From Octopus sinensis (taxonomy: Eukaryota), in contig NW_021836142.1 in assembly GCF_006345805.1 (NCBI RefSeq), positions 196,611-260,610 of the forward strand: a stretch of DNA of 64,000 nucleotides, read 5' to 3'. Under the pieces are notes generated by a model. The model was given only the letters and a program-made list of their open reading frames with translations. It did not search any database and was not told where the DNA came from. A program made the position numbers and the translations under genes. Shown here in pieces: positions 9,800-22,722 of the stretch (position 1 is the first letter of the stretch; each line of letters opens with the position of its first letter).

Positions 9800-11330
9800 T
9801 TAAATGATGATGATGATGATCATCATCATCATATCATCATCATTTAATGTCCATTTTGCATACCGGTATGGGTTGTACGGCTTGACAAGAACTAACAAGG
9901 CCAGAGACCACACCAGGTCCTATCGTCTGTTTTGGCTTGATTTCTACAGCTGCTTGCTCTTCCTAATGCCAACTACTTTACAAAGTGTACTGGTTGCTTT
10001 TTATGTAGCACCATCACCTGTAAATTTTACATGGTACCATGGTTTCAGGATGTCACGTCTGTTGTGAAAGGTGGGTCTTCTTGAGTACAGCAATGTACCA
10101 TATATCTGGATCTTTTGTCATTTCCTTCCTAAGAGTCAGCATCCTGAGATCAGCCTTCAATACTTAGTCCCATATCTTCCTGGGTCTCTCTCTTTCACAA
10201 ATTCCATCCACTTTAAGCAATCAGCACTTCGTTATTTAACTATTCTCATCCATCTGCATCACATGACCAAACCAGCTCAGTCTTTTCTCTTGCACACTGC
10301 ACCTAATTCCTCTTACGTGTAACTTTTCTCTCAATACACCAGCATTCTGTTGCACTGGTATTCTTTTATTTGTTTCAGTCATTTGACTGCAGCCATGCTG
10401 GGGCACCGCCTTTAGTTGAACAATCGACCCCAGGACTTATTGTTTGTAAGCCTAGTACTTATTCTATTGGCTTCCTTTGCCGAACCACTAATTTACAGGG
10501 ATGTGAACACACCAACATTGGTCGCCAAGCAATAGTGTGGGGACAAACACGGACACACGGACACACACACACACATATACACACACACATGATGAGCTTC
10601 TTTCAGTTTCCGTGTACCAAATTCACCCACAAGGCTTTGGTCAGCCCGAAGCTGTAGGAGAAGGCACTTGCCCAAGGTGCCATGCAGTGGAACTGAACCT
10701 GGAACCATGTGGCTGGTAAGCAAGTTACTTACCACACAGCCACTCCCCCGCACCTATATGCTGACATTGCACACCTAAAGGAGTATACCAGCTTCATTCC
10801 TCTCAAGTCTTCACATGTCTTCTACATTCAAGGCCCAAGTCTTACTACCATGTAGTATTGCAGTTCATACACATCATACAATCTTTCTTTCCCTCAAACA
10901 GAGACCTTTGATAGCCAACAGAAGCAAAAGTTCTCTGAATTTTCTCCATCCTATTTTGTTCTAGCAAATACATTTTTGCTACATCCTCCTCCATTGCTAA
11001 TGAGGTCAACTATGTAGCAGAAACTATCTTCTACTTCGAGAGAGCTTCTGAAATTTTTGAGGAAACCAGTTCCCTTTATATCGGTAGTCTTTATGGCTCC
11101 TGTGCATCTTCCACATACAAACATTACTTTCTCTGTTAACATTGATACTATTCTACTGCATTTTTTTCTGTGTCCTTAGCTTGCGCTGGTTACACCAAAT
11201 GGAATTTCTGCTCATACCTTTCCTGCATATCGAACAGGGCCATTTGCCTGAACAGGAAGGGTATTTTCTGTTTCCCTGCTTACTAGGACCTTGGTCTTTT
11301 CTCTAAGTTAACTTTTAGATCTTTTGTTTC
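9800..11330 (-). mobile_element. RTE-clade LINE 3' portion (RT C-terminus and 3' UTR), interrupted by a SINE at 10362-10753
   Basis: FVCGRCTGAI...LEVEDSFCY...ISNGGGCSKNVFART, FRELL...HGSKTWAL, QEKRLSWFGHV...GRP-like RPRKIWD, then a 3' UTR ending in (GAT)n. Confidence 0.8.
10362..10753 (-). mobile_element. SINE family A inserted in the RTE LINE
   Basis: Full-length match. Confidence 0.9.
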
Positions 11331-11407
11331 CAAGTTTTTTTTTTCCACATCCGGAATTTCTATTTTAATTACAGATTCTGTTATGATTCTCACACACAAA
11401 CACACAA

Positions 11408-11638
11408 CCAACCACATGGTTCTGGGTTAAGTCCCACTGTGTTTGTCCCCCCCAACATTGCTTGACAACCGATATTGGTGTGTTTACATCCCTGTAACTT
11501 AGTGGTTTAGCAAAAGAGACCAATAGAATAAGTACTAGGCTTACAAAGAATAAGTCCTGGGGTCGATTTGCTCAACAAAAGGTGGTGCTCCACCATGGCC
11601 ACAGTCAAATGATTGAAACAAGTTAAAAAATAAAAGAA
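11408..11638 (+). mobile_element. SINE family A with an internal deletion
   Basis: The head joins directly to the post-microsatellite body at AGTCCCACTG|TGTTTGTCCCC. Confidence 0.8.
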
Positions 11639-11662
11639 ATATACTCACATACATAAATGTAT

Positions 11663-11960
11663 AGGAGCATGGCTCAGTGATTAGAGTGTTGAGTTCACCA
11701 TCATGAGGTAGTGAGTTCAATTCATGGACTAAGCTGTGTATTGTGTTCTTGCGTAAGACACTTTATTTCACATTGCTCCAGTCCACTCAGCTGTAGAAGT
11801 GATTTGCAATATCACTGATGCCAAGCTGTATCAGCTTTTGCCTTTCCCTTGGCTAACATCGATGGCATAGAGACGGGAGCTGGGATGCATGGGCGACTGC
11901 TGGTCTTCCATAAACAAACTTGCCCAGGTTTGTGCCTTAGAAGGTAACTTTCTAAAGTTC
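11663..11960 (+). mobile_element. tRNA-derived SINE family D
   Basis: A box TGGCTCAGTGA, B box GAGTTCAATTC, central GTGTTCTTG.G.AAGACACTTTATTTCAC..TGCTCCAGTCCACTCAGCTG; related copies at 12630-12850, 27975-28235 and 29150-29445. Confidence 0.75.
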
Positions 11961-12548
11961 TGATATAAAATGCAAGGAATGGTATTTAACATTTTGGATA
12001 TCGTTTGCTTCTACTAAAGAACATGGCGCTCCCACCTTTCTGAGCCTGCAAGCCCATATTGGCACTGGATATTTTGCTGTGGCTTGTCCCTAAATCATGT
12101 TAGTAGGGTGGAGGGGGCCTGTGAGGTGCTGTACAACCCTTGATAGACCTAAAATTTTAGGCTGTGCAATTGTTGGTAAGGCAACTTTCCAATGCGGTGA
12201 ACGTGGAAGCTGAAGGCACAAATTGTTGGTGAAGCTGATTGTAGGTGAAATGACCTCATGTACAGACATTGCTAGCATTGTGAATGGGAAATAGTCAGTG
12301 ATGGTCTTCCTCCTGTCATGAGTAGACAGCAATCATCATAACCATATATATATATATATATTATATATATATATATATGTCAATATCATCATCGTTTAAC
12401 GTCTGTTTTCGATGCTAGCATGGGTTGGACGGTTTGACTGGGGTTTGGGAAGCCAGGAGGCTGCAACAGGCTTCAGAGTCTGATCTGGCAGTGGTTCTAC
12501 AGCTGGATGCCCTTCCTAACGCCAACCACTCTGTGAGTGTAGTGGTTG

Positions 12549-12593
<45 letters not shown>

Positions 12594-14177
12594 CATAATT
12601 ACATATATATGTATGTGTGTGTATGAAAGTGCCTAATGATTAGGGTGTTGTACTCATGATCTGAAGATTGTGGTTTCAATTCCCAGAACTGGCTATGTAT
12701 GGTATTCTTCAGCAAAACAAATCATTACAGATTGATCCAGTCTACTCAACTGTAAATAGAGTAACCTTGCAATGGATTAGCATCCCATTCAGGGGCATTT
12801 TGTGATTTCAGTCACTTACATCCTATGGAGACCCTGCAACCAGCCCTATGAATCCTTTCTATTTTTTCACTAGAGAAGGTCCATCGATTATTTATGCAAT
12901 ACAGTATCAGAACTCATTTCAGCAAATTTTATCAATTAGTTTTGTACAAGAAAATAGTTTTGTACAAGTGCTTGGAAAAACTAATCTTAGCACTCATCAG
13001 AAGGGCTGGTTTGAAAAGAATGGTGCAGGATCTTTGTCACAAGAGGTCAGAAGGCATGATATCTGGTTTCTAGGTGTGGTAATTTGTCAGAGCAAATGAA
13101 AGTGTTGGAGAAGTCTCACTGAGGGAACGTTTGTTTGTTAGAGTTACGTAATGATATGTGAGGTAATTGCTGTAGAGTGGAGTTTGGACTAGGATGCAGA
13201 TGGGATGGACTTATTATTGTAACTGCAGAGGAGGGAGTGGAAATGGGGTGGGTAATCATAAAATCATATGTGGATATGTACAAGTATGTGTGCTTCCATG
13301 TAATAAACCTGGCATGGCAAACCATGGGCACTACCAATAGTGGAAGCTCTAACATTTATATTCATAGAATTGTCTACCAGTCTCCAATGATATATCCGCA
13401 TTTATGATGACAAGTTCAATAAAGCTTACTTCTACAATTTAAGCGGGTGTCTAGGCAAAAGGAATTCTTTATTATAATTTAGCAATTTACATCATAGACC
13501 ATGATGGTGCTTTTTGATCCCTGTCCAAGGGACATAACGCTAATGAACAAAAGCTTACACTTTGTGTTTTCTCTTAGATATTTTATGACACTTGAAAATC
13601 TGATGTGACACTTTGTGACCTCCTGTAACAAAGAAACTACTCCATACTTTTCCAACAATTCCATACAATGAGTGCAGAATGAGTACAAAACTGATGGGAA
13701 AAAAAATTGGCTAAAACAGGGCTATAACACTGACTTGTATAAGTATGTATGGGTGTATAAATATATACATGTATATGTGCGTGTGTGTGTGAGCGTGTAT
13801 TGCTAGCATGGAAGGTGGATGTTAAATGATGATGATAATGATAAACAAAGTCGAACACACATACACAAGGCATGTCTGTTGTTAGTTTGTCATGTGGCAG
13901 TATTCTATAGGCATAAGAGAATATAATCTCAATGCCCTTGGTGTAAAATCACCCGAAAGCAGATCACAGCCAAGTGAGACCACTCAAACCAGATCCCGTT
14001 TTTGTGGAACGACAGACATCATTGTTTTGTCATTATTGTGACTTGTCAATACCGTGTACCAACCAAAGAGGTCAGCAGTGAGGTGTCCAACTGGCTATGA
14101 CTATATGCCAAATGGTTTAAGAACATGCCAAGCCATGGAAAAATTTTAAATATGGATTAGAAGCAGTTTGAGGTGTG

Positions 14178-14209
<32 letters not shown>

Positions 14210-16092
14210 CACGTGCATGTGTGTATGTATGAATATGTGTATGTGTGTGCATATATATATATTTATATTTACATATATGTGTGTGTGTGTCTGTGTGTAT
14301 GCATGCTGTATACACATACATATGTATATGCATATATAAAGAGTAACCAAATATGGAGAGAAGTTTGTGGAAGTGAAATGAAGTAAACTAGTTATCATAC
14401 ACACACACATCAATTCTAATTCCTAAGCATGGCTACACCCACTTGCTGAAGTAAGTGAAAATAGGTAAAAGTGTGAGTATGTATGTATATATATATATAT
14501 ATATATATATACATGCATGTGTACAAATATGCACGATCACACACACACACATATATAAATGTAGACACACAGAAACGTATTTCTGTGTGTTCATATATGT
14601 ATGTGTACACATATGCGTATGTGTGCGTGTATATATATATATGTATAAAGTGAAAATATATTTGTGATATATTTTAACTTCTAAAGGCAAAATCACTGCA
14701 GTTACCATGGAGAAAATTTCTTTTATTGCAAATGGTGTAAAAACACATCTGTCCAGTGCTGTCCTCTTTTGGATCCCCAGATACTGTGTTTCTAGCTTTT
14801 TAGCCATTGTCAATGAACAATATCAAAGATAGGTAACTCTGGACTAATCCATTGCTGTAGCTTTAACTAAAACAGTCAACATAAATATATTCCAACATAC
14901 AATGCTTGCAGCCCATCTCTAGAAATAATGCTAAGAAATAGTTTAAATGATGCAAAACCAGCAAGACAACTTTAAGAAATATATGTTTGGATTTGAGAAA
15001 TTATTTACAGAAAGTTAATATTTGGTTTGCTCTGAACATTTCCTCTTCCTTACGAGCAATAAGTTGTTTTGAACCCAGAAGAATTTATTGAAAGAATTGA
15101 ATAATATCTACTACCATACCATCTGAGAGAAAACTTAATTTGATTTAGGATTAATCCCAATATTTGATCAGAATATTAAGTTCATTAAATCATTAAGTAT
15201 TTACTAATGAATCCTAACTATAAACATTTCAAATTTTATTTTGCATTAAAATTTTATCCTATATGTATTCTGATTTTGCAGTAAGAATGCAAATTTTGAT
15301 TCTGTTATAAAATACATCAAAACCTTTTCTTTATCTTGTGTAAATCAATCCTACCTTTTACAAAAGAATGTATATGCAATAGTGAATATAATGTACATGG
15401 AAAAATCTGTCATTTTCTATTTAATTTGCCTGCCTATAGATAAATTACATCATTGTTTAATATATTATTTTTCATCATTGTTTAATCTATTATCTTTCAA
15501 AATATCTAAATTATCACTTACATTGGTCTGATTAAATTAAGTAACTTGAAATTTGTTGTCACTAATTTTACTGTCGCAAATCTTTAATCTATCACATAGG
15601 ATTACTTACCTTCATTATTAAATTAAAAATCATTGATTTAGATTAAAATTTCTTAGACTACATGAATACATATTACTTCCTGAAACTCACCTAAGAGCTT
15701 ATATTTTTCCTTTTCCAGCAGAGGTTATATATTTCTAGGGCAAATATATCAGCTTATGTTAAAGTGAGAAATGAGATGGTTAAGCTGCTTTCTAGAATAA
15801 TATGAATGAGTTTTCTGAGAAAATGTTACATAATAAATGAAGGTTGCATTGGAAAGCAACGCAAATGTGGGCATGAATTTTTTCTTAAGAGATGTAAGCT
15901 GTTCAAATTGCACATGCTGGTAGAGTAGCTCTTTCTCTACAGCATCTCTTCTCCTTGCTTTTCTTCATTACAGGCAAATAACAGGTTCCAAGCAGAAGCA
16001 ATATACCATCATTGAGTTCTTGACAAAGGAAGGATGCAGACTGTTCAACATCCACAGAAAGCTGCAGGTTGTTTGGGGAGATGATACTGTCT

Positions 16093-16321
16093 TGCAAACA
16101 ACTTGCACATGCAAGTGCTACCAGTCAAAAGCTCCGTATACCGGAAGCCAGCAAGTGTATGGGGTCATCAGGAGAGAATGCACGCCATTTCGGGGCCTAC
16201 CTCTCGACGGCATCAATGCGCACCGGCCCCCCTCACTGATATGAGGCCCCGCTTGCTAGATCAGCCGGTTATAAAGTTAAACTCAATATCTTTCTAGCCA
16301 TCGCTCATCGTCTCTTTTTAA
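16093..16321. other. Unidentified ~230-bp CpG-rich insertion within the mariner ORF
   Basis: The mariner frame breaks after GDDTV and resumes at KSSVHR. The intervening sequence is about 50% GC with about 13 CpG, has no similarity to repeats seen here and no recognisable ORF. Confidence 0.6.
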
Positions 16322-16404
16322 CTAAATCCAGTGTGCACAGATAGATGAAATTTAATGAAGGATAAACCAGCAATGAAGAGATACCATACAGAGTTCATAT
16401 ACAT

Positions 16405-16883
16405 CAGGGGTTCTCAACCTTTTTATATCTAGGGTCCCCTTTGATTATTGTTTTATCCTGGAAGACACCCATAGCCATTCAATGTTTCAAAACTAGATTT
16501 ATTAACTTGTGCAGGTTGGACAATATAAAATGTTAGAGAAAGAAACCTAACTGTTTCTTGCAATACATACCAATACATACATCATCATCATCATTTAGCG
16601 TCCGTTTTCCATGCTAGCATGGGTTGGACGGTTCAACTGGGGTCTGTGAAGCCGGAAGGCTTCATCAGGCCCAGTCAGATCTGGCAGTGTTTCTACAGCT
16701 GGAAACCCTTCCTAACGCCAACCACTCCGTGAGTGTAGTGGGTGCTTTTTACGTGCCACCCGCACAGATATCTAAACCAGAATTTTTTCAGGGGCCCTTA
16801 AAACACTATTGTGGATCCCCAATTTATTATTTTGTTGCATGGACTCCCAAAAATCTTATATGAACCCTAAGTAAGAACCACTT
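16405..16883. mobile_element. hAT-type MITE with a nested RTE-tail repeat (16580-16765)
   Basis: TIR CAGGGGTTCTCAAC / degenerate GTAAGAACCACTT; 8-bp TSD ATATACAT / ATATACAC. Confidence 0.75.
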
Positions 16884-16938
16884 ATATACACGAATCACCA
16901 GAAAGTGAAGGAACTGATTTGCATGGTTAGATAGATAG

Positions 16939-17358
16939 AGGCGCAGGAGTGGCTGTGTGGTAAGTAGCTTGTTTACCAATCACATGGTTCCGGGTTCAGT
17001 CCCACTGCCTGGCACCTTGGGCAAGTGTCTTCTACTATGGCCTCGGACCGACCAAAGCCTTGTGAGTGGATTTGGTAGAGGGAAACTGAAAAGAAGCCTG
17101 TCGTATATATATGTATATATATATATATGCGTGTGTGTGTGTTTGTGTGTCTGTGTTTGTCCCCCTAGCATTGCTTGACAACCGATGCTGGTGTGTTTAT
17201 GTCCCCGTCACTTAGCGGTTCGGCAAAAGAGACCGATAGCATAAGTACTGGGCTTACAAAAGAATGTCCCGGGGTCGAATTGCTCGATTAAAGGTGGTGC
17301 TCCAGCATGGCTGCAGTCAAATGACTGAAACAAGTAAAAGAGTAAAAGAGTAAGAGTA
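16939..17358 (+). mobile_element. SINE family A
   Basis: Full-length match. Confidence 0.9.
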
Positions 17359-17659
17359 AATAGATGCATCACTGTTATCGCAGTGCATTACTGAAGATGT
17401 TGGAAGACTGATCTAAGACGAAACGGTGTTGTATCTTTAGGATCTGAAAAAATGAAGGCTCAGTGCATGGAATAGCTTTGCACCTCTTCACTTCAGGTTA
17501 AGAAGTTAAACAGCCAGCAATTGAAACACAAAGGCATGGTAATTGTTTTATGTGTCATTCTTCTTAATTATCTGGAACGAACAAAATGCCCGTCCAATGG
17601 ACGATGCTGAGTTGTCAAATATTTAATCCAAATTTTCTCAAAACAACTTGTCTGACCGT

Positions 17660-17957
17660 CCCATAGGCCTCCCCTTTGAGAAACACTGATTTAACCTAAA
17701 TTTGAGACACCATGCATTTTTCTCGTGTACACGTAGCATCGATCACAAAAGCTGATGTACTTGCACGTACAAATTCACATTCCCACAGCTTTATCGATCG
17801 CATTCTCACCTGGAATCGATTTTTGTAATTTTTTCAAGACTTATACATGCCTTGATACCGTGGGTATCTACATATCAAATTTGAGCTCAATTGGCTGGAG
17901 GATGCCCGAGATCCTAGAAGACACACAGATAGACAGAATGGATTTTATATATTAGAT
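17660..17957 (+). mobile_element. Helentron/DINE-like non-autonomous element
   Basis: AAATTTGAGCTCAATTGG motif, CAGA(TAGA)CAGA microsatellite and a TTTATATATTAGAT end, typical of HINE/DINE elements. Confidence 0.45.
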
Positions 17958-18237
17958 ATGACTATACCATGGACAGCAAGAAGTACATTGGGACACCTAG
18001 AAGGAATACAAAAGCCATTAGGAAGAAGAAACTGAACAAGAATTTAAACTGGAAAAATGATCTACAAAACTTTTTTGTTTGCTCGTTGTGGTATCCATTG
18101 TGCAGTCTAGATATGATATTCAGTAACTTCTGTTCAGTCCAATGAAGGAGAGTCTTCGAGGACAACAATTTGTTGAAACATGAAGTGAAATTGATTTTGA
18201 AGAAGTGAGTATAACAGCTTACACAAGAACATTTTCA

Positions 18238-18581
18238 AAGTGGCTGTGTGGTAAGTACCCACTGCATAGCAACTTGAGCAGGTGTCTTCTACTATAGCCT
18301 CGGGCTGACCGAAGCCTTGTGAGTGGATTTGGTAGACAGAAACTGAAAGAAGCCCATCATATATATGTATATATATGTGTGTGTTTGTGTGTGTCCCCCC
18401 CCAACATCGCTTGACAACCGATACTGGTGTGTTTACGTCCCCGTAACTTAGCAGTTTGGCAAAAGAGACTGATAGAATAAGTACTAGGCTTACAAAGAAT
18501 AAGTCCTGAGGTCGATTTGCTTGACTAAAGGTGGTGCTTCAGCATGGCCACAGTCGAATGACTGAAACAAGTAAAAAGAGT
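18238..18581 (+). mobile_element. SINE family A
   Basis: Near full length, with a small head deletion. Confidence 0.85.
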
Positions 18582-21500
18582 ATGGCTTCAACGATTGCAC
18601 AAATATATTGCTTTTGATGGCGATTCTGTTAATATCTTTGTTTAGATGAAGAATAACTCTATTGGTGGGGCATGTGCAATTTGAACAACCAAAGTCAGTT
18701 AAGAAAAAAAGTTATGTACACTTTTGCATTATTCTGGTATAACTCTCATATGAATATGGGCAAACTTCACCATGCAACATATAAACAAAGGTATATGGAA
18801 CAAGTTATGAATACACATGAAAAAAGGCAATGCTAAAATAAACTCCAGAGATTAAAAAACATTCCATAGCAGCCAGAAAATCATCAAAGTAAAAAATAAA
18901 TGCAAAGCAAACATGTATACCAGGAAATGAAAATGCTTTATCAAAATAAAAATAATAAAGTGTGTAAAAATTATAATTTAGAAATGTATGAAATATCTTT
19001 GTATACAATATAGCATGCATATAACCACATCATGCACATATGTAGAAATAGTAATCTTTTTGATTTCTTTTTATATTCTTTATTTAAAGATTGTTGGAAA
19101 CCAAGTTGAAATGCTACAATGGAATAAAACTTGTATTAAAAATATTAACAATTTAAGTGATCTTAATTTTTCTTTTGAAAACTTTAGTTTCTAAAAACAA
19201 ATGTCTACACCTATATGTCACAAAATTTTATATTTTCACTTTGTAGTAGAGTGTAGCCTCCTGAAAATATAGTGTCTCTATGTTTATTGTGACCATATGT
19301 AAAGAGTTTAGATTGTCTTTTACAATTTAATTTTTTTTAGTAAGTCTTTAAACATTTTGTTTAATTTTAATATTGAAATATTAATATTTTACACGTTAAA
19401 GTGTAAAAAGTCAAAATGTTTGGATTTTAAACTGAAAGAAATGGACACAGAATGAGTATTAAATAAACAGAATAAATGAATAGAGTAAGTAAATAAACAG
19501 TGTCTTGGTAGATTTATTCCACCATTGAATGTAAGACAACTCAAGAAACAGCAAAGTATCAGATCGATTTTTTTTACTGTCATTCTGTTGTATGTTAATA
19601 TTTTTTTAATCTACTGCATTTTATATTAATACTTGAGTAAAAAGGAAAAGAAATCAATACAAATCAATCATGAATAATTATGATAAATAATTTGTCATGA
19701 TTATTAAAATTAAAAATAAAATTAGAATAAAACAAAAAAAAAAGGTAGTTGTTTTTTTTTTATTTATATTTGATCCAACGCTAACAATACAAAAAACGAT
19801 TTTGTTTGCTTTTGTATATTTCTTTAACAGCAACATGAAATAAAAATGGTAAAATCTGTTCAATAATAGCAAGCATTTCTTACTTGTTAAAGCAAACAAG
19901 GAACTGGCATTAACAAGCAACACACAATGAGAAATTGATACTGAAAATAGGAGCAAATTTCTCAAGAAAATTGATAGATTTAGGGAGCAAGCATTCCCAT
20001 AAGAGAGATTGTCATAATGCTTTTCCTGGTGGAAAGAAAATTTACGATATTTGTTCTTTTCATTAAACTTATGGTTGCTTGTTGTTGCATTTTTAAACTT
20101 TATTTAATTTTTTTAAATCAATCATTAAAAACATTCAGAAACTGATGAGAAGTTTCAAATTAAAGTTCAATTTAATGTAATTAAAATTCAAGCTTCCTTC
20201 ACCAAAGAAATATATAGGAAGTTGCTGTTTTCTTGCCTCTGACAAAGATTTCCTCATCACAGTTGTCATCAGCATAATCCTTATTATCCCCAAAATAATA
20301 CTGGTTGCCATCATTGCTTAGCTACTTTGCCTGCCACTTATAAATGAAAAGTATATGACTGAAAGTGACAGAACTTATATAGGCATCTATGTTTGCAATA
20401 CAAAGTTAGCGCACAAACATTTGACTGCTTTTCCCTGCCATTGGGATGTGAAATGTTGTTACTGCTATTATTTCTCCTATGAGGATGCTTCAGCAAAATA
20501 AAAATCAAAATAAGGATGAAAACATAATTACAAAGAGCAACAGAATATAGCTAATTTTTTTAATCCTAATTAATACAAAGTAAATGAATTTTAACCTGAG
20601 CCACATTGTTTAATTTCTAAATATATTTAAATCTAGCTTCGGTTCTTTTTCTTTTGCTAAAATTTCTTGAATCAGATGACTTTGAGGCAAACTAAAAAGA
20701 ACTTACAAAGACTATAATTTTAATAGTAATGTTTGTGTGTGTGTGTGTGTGTGTGTGTGCTAATGCATACATTTTTCATTGGGATGAATATCTAAGCAAA
20801 TAATTTTTATTTCCTAAGTGAATATCTATGCAGGTTTACATAGCTTACATAGCAAGGTGTACAAACTCACCAACAGAGTGGAATTTATAGATGCTAATAG
20901 TAGACAAACCCTGTTGAATATTGATACATAATTTTATTGTTGATTTCTGTAAAAGTGTATGCCTATAAAAATTTAATGAAATTTAAACAAAGTTAATGTA
21001 AATATAGATATTTCTCCTTTATGTATATAATATTCAAATTAATACATTATTTATGTTTTGGATATGCTCAAAATTTAAAACTTTGCACTATCTAAAACAA
21101 GCACTCTTACAATAATTTGAATATCACAATAAAAATTTTCCTTGTCTTTAAATCACCTGTAAAATATTTCAAAACACTTCTGGTCTATGATGAACATGAA
21201 TAACAAAAAGATGACTTAAGATAATCTGCTTAATACTATATCAAACACACTTAGTATAAAATTTCTTGACAGAGGCAAGAATATGCTAATCTGTTAATAA
21301 TAATATATTTCTAAGAAGGGGAATTACATAAAATAAGTTGGTGGAAAAGATATTTAAGAAAAAAAAAACTGAGCTAACTAAAAAAAAAAGGGTAAAAGAA
21401 AAATAAACTAAATATAAAAAATCCAAATTAAAAACAAAGGAAAATGCATGGTACAAATTTTGCATTCAGGAACAAACTACCAAATCGAAGAACCCACCCG

Positions 21501-21584
21501 TAGGTTATACACATACTATGAGAAATATCAAATTAAATGAAGGCAAACATTGAGAAGATAGTGTATATCACAAACAACACACAA

Positions 21585-21619
<35 letters not shown>

Positions 21620-21645
21620 ACTTATATACATATATACTTATATAA

Positions 21646-21706
<61 letters not shown>

Positions 21707-21787
21707 TATTTTCATATTTATATATTTTCTTATTTATCTATCTCACTACCTATCAGTCTATCTATTCTCTTACAAATATATATATAT

Positions 21788-21822
<35 letters not shown>

Positions 21823-22335
21823 GGGATTGTGGTTGAAAAGTTTGCTTCCCAACCCTGTGGTTTTGAGATCAATCCCACGGCATAGCTCAGAGTTGATAAA
21901 AGCCTTATGAGTGGATTTGCTGCTTGGAAACTGAAAGAAGCCTTTCATTTACTTATTTATGTCTTTATATGTGGAAGTTGTAACTGAATGTTACAATTTA
22001 AGAAGTGATGCAGTTCACTTACAATCTTCCATGGAAGCATGTCCGGCCTTAGGGGAAATATTACCTTGCTCAGAAACAGGTGAAAGTTGGCAACAAGAGG
22101 GGCATGTGAATACAGAAAATGTGCCTCAAAGGAATTATGATATATGTAAACATATACATTTATGAATATCTCGATAGGTATACAAACACTCACACACACA
22201 CATATATATATATATATATACATACACACACATATACATATATAAACATACATTTATATGAAAATGATACCTACAAATTTGAATGTGTGTGTGTGCAAAT
22301 AAATTAATAAATATATATATATAAGCAAAATATAT

Positions 22336-22722
22336 CCCCAGTGGCACTCCGTTAGTTATGACGATGTGGGTTCCAGTTGATCTGATCAATTGAACAGCTT
22401 GCTCATGAAATTAACGTGTAAGTGGCTGAACACTCCACAGACATACGTACCCTTAATGTAGTTCTTGGGGAGATTCAGCGTTACACAGAGGGTGACAAGG
22501 CTGGCTCTTTGAAATACAGGTACAACAGAAACAGGAAGAAAGAGTGAGAGGAAATTATGGTGAAAGAGTACAGCAGGGTTCGCCACCACCCCCTGCCAGA
22601 GCCCCATGGAGCTTTAGGTGTCTTCGCGCAATAAACACTCACAATGCCCAGTCTGGGAATCAAAACCGCGATCCTATGACCACAAGTCCACTGCCCTAAC
22701 CACTGGGCCATTGTGCCTCCAC
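22336..22722 (-). mobile_element. tRNA-derived SINE family C
   Basis: The reverse-complement head GTGGAGGCACAATGGCCCAGTGGTTAGGGCAGTGGACTTGTGGTCATAGGATCGCGGTTTTGATTCC carries A/B boxes. Confidence 0.8.

Larger units (their letters stand above)
15985..18235 (+). mobile_element. Decayed mariner transposase dispersed by nested insertions
   Basis: Collinear pieces: KQYTIIEFLTKEGCRLFNIHRKLQVVWGDDTV (15996-16092), SSVHR*MKFNEG*TS (16326-16395), NHQKVKELI (16892-16925), DETVLYL...KAQCME (17360-17550), LNWK...YPLCSLDM...PMKESLRGQQF (17990-18200). Confidence 0.75.

Noticed and set aside
16161-16250. Hammerhead or HDV-like ribozyme in the unknown insert (minus-strand CTGATGA; crossing helices)
   Set aside because: GAAA and CTGATGA are not joined by a pairing stem II, and the HDV L3/P1.1 consensus (U.G, CC-GG) is absent.
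17391-17435. CTGAAGA...GAAAC...GTA hammerhead-like string
   Set aside because: Stems I and II do not pair, and the sequence reads as mariner transposase (ITED...DETV).
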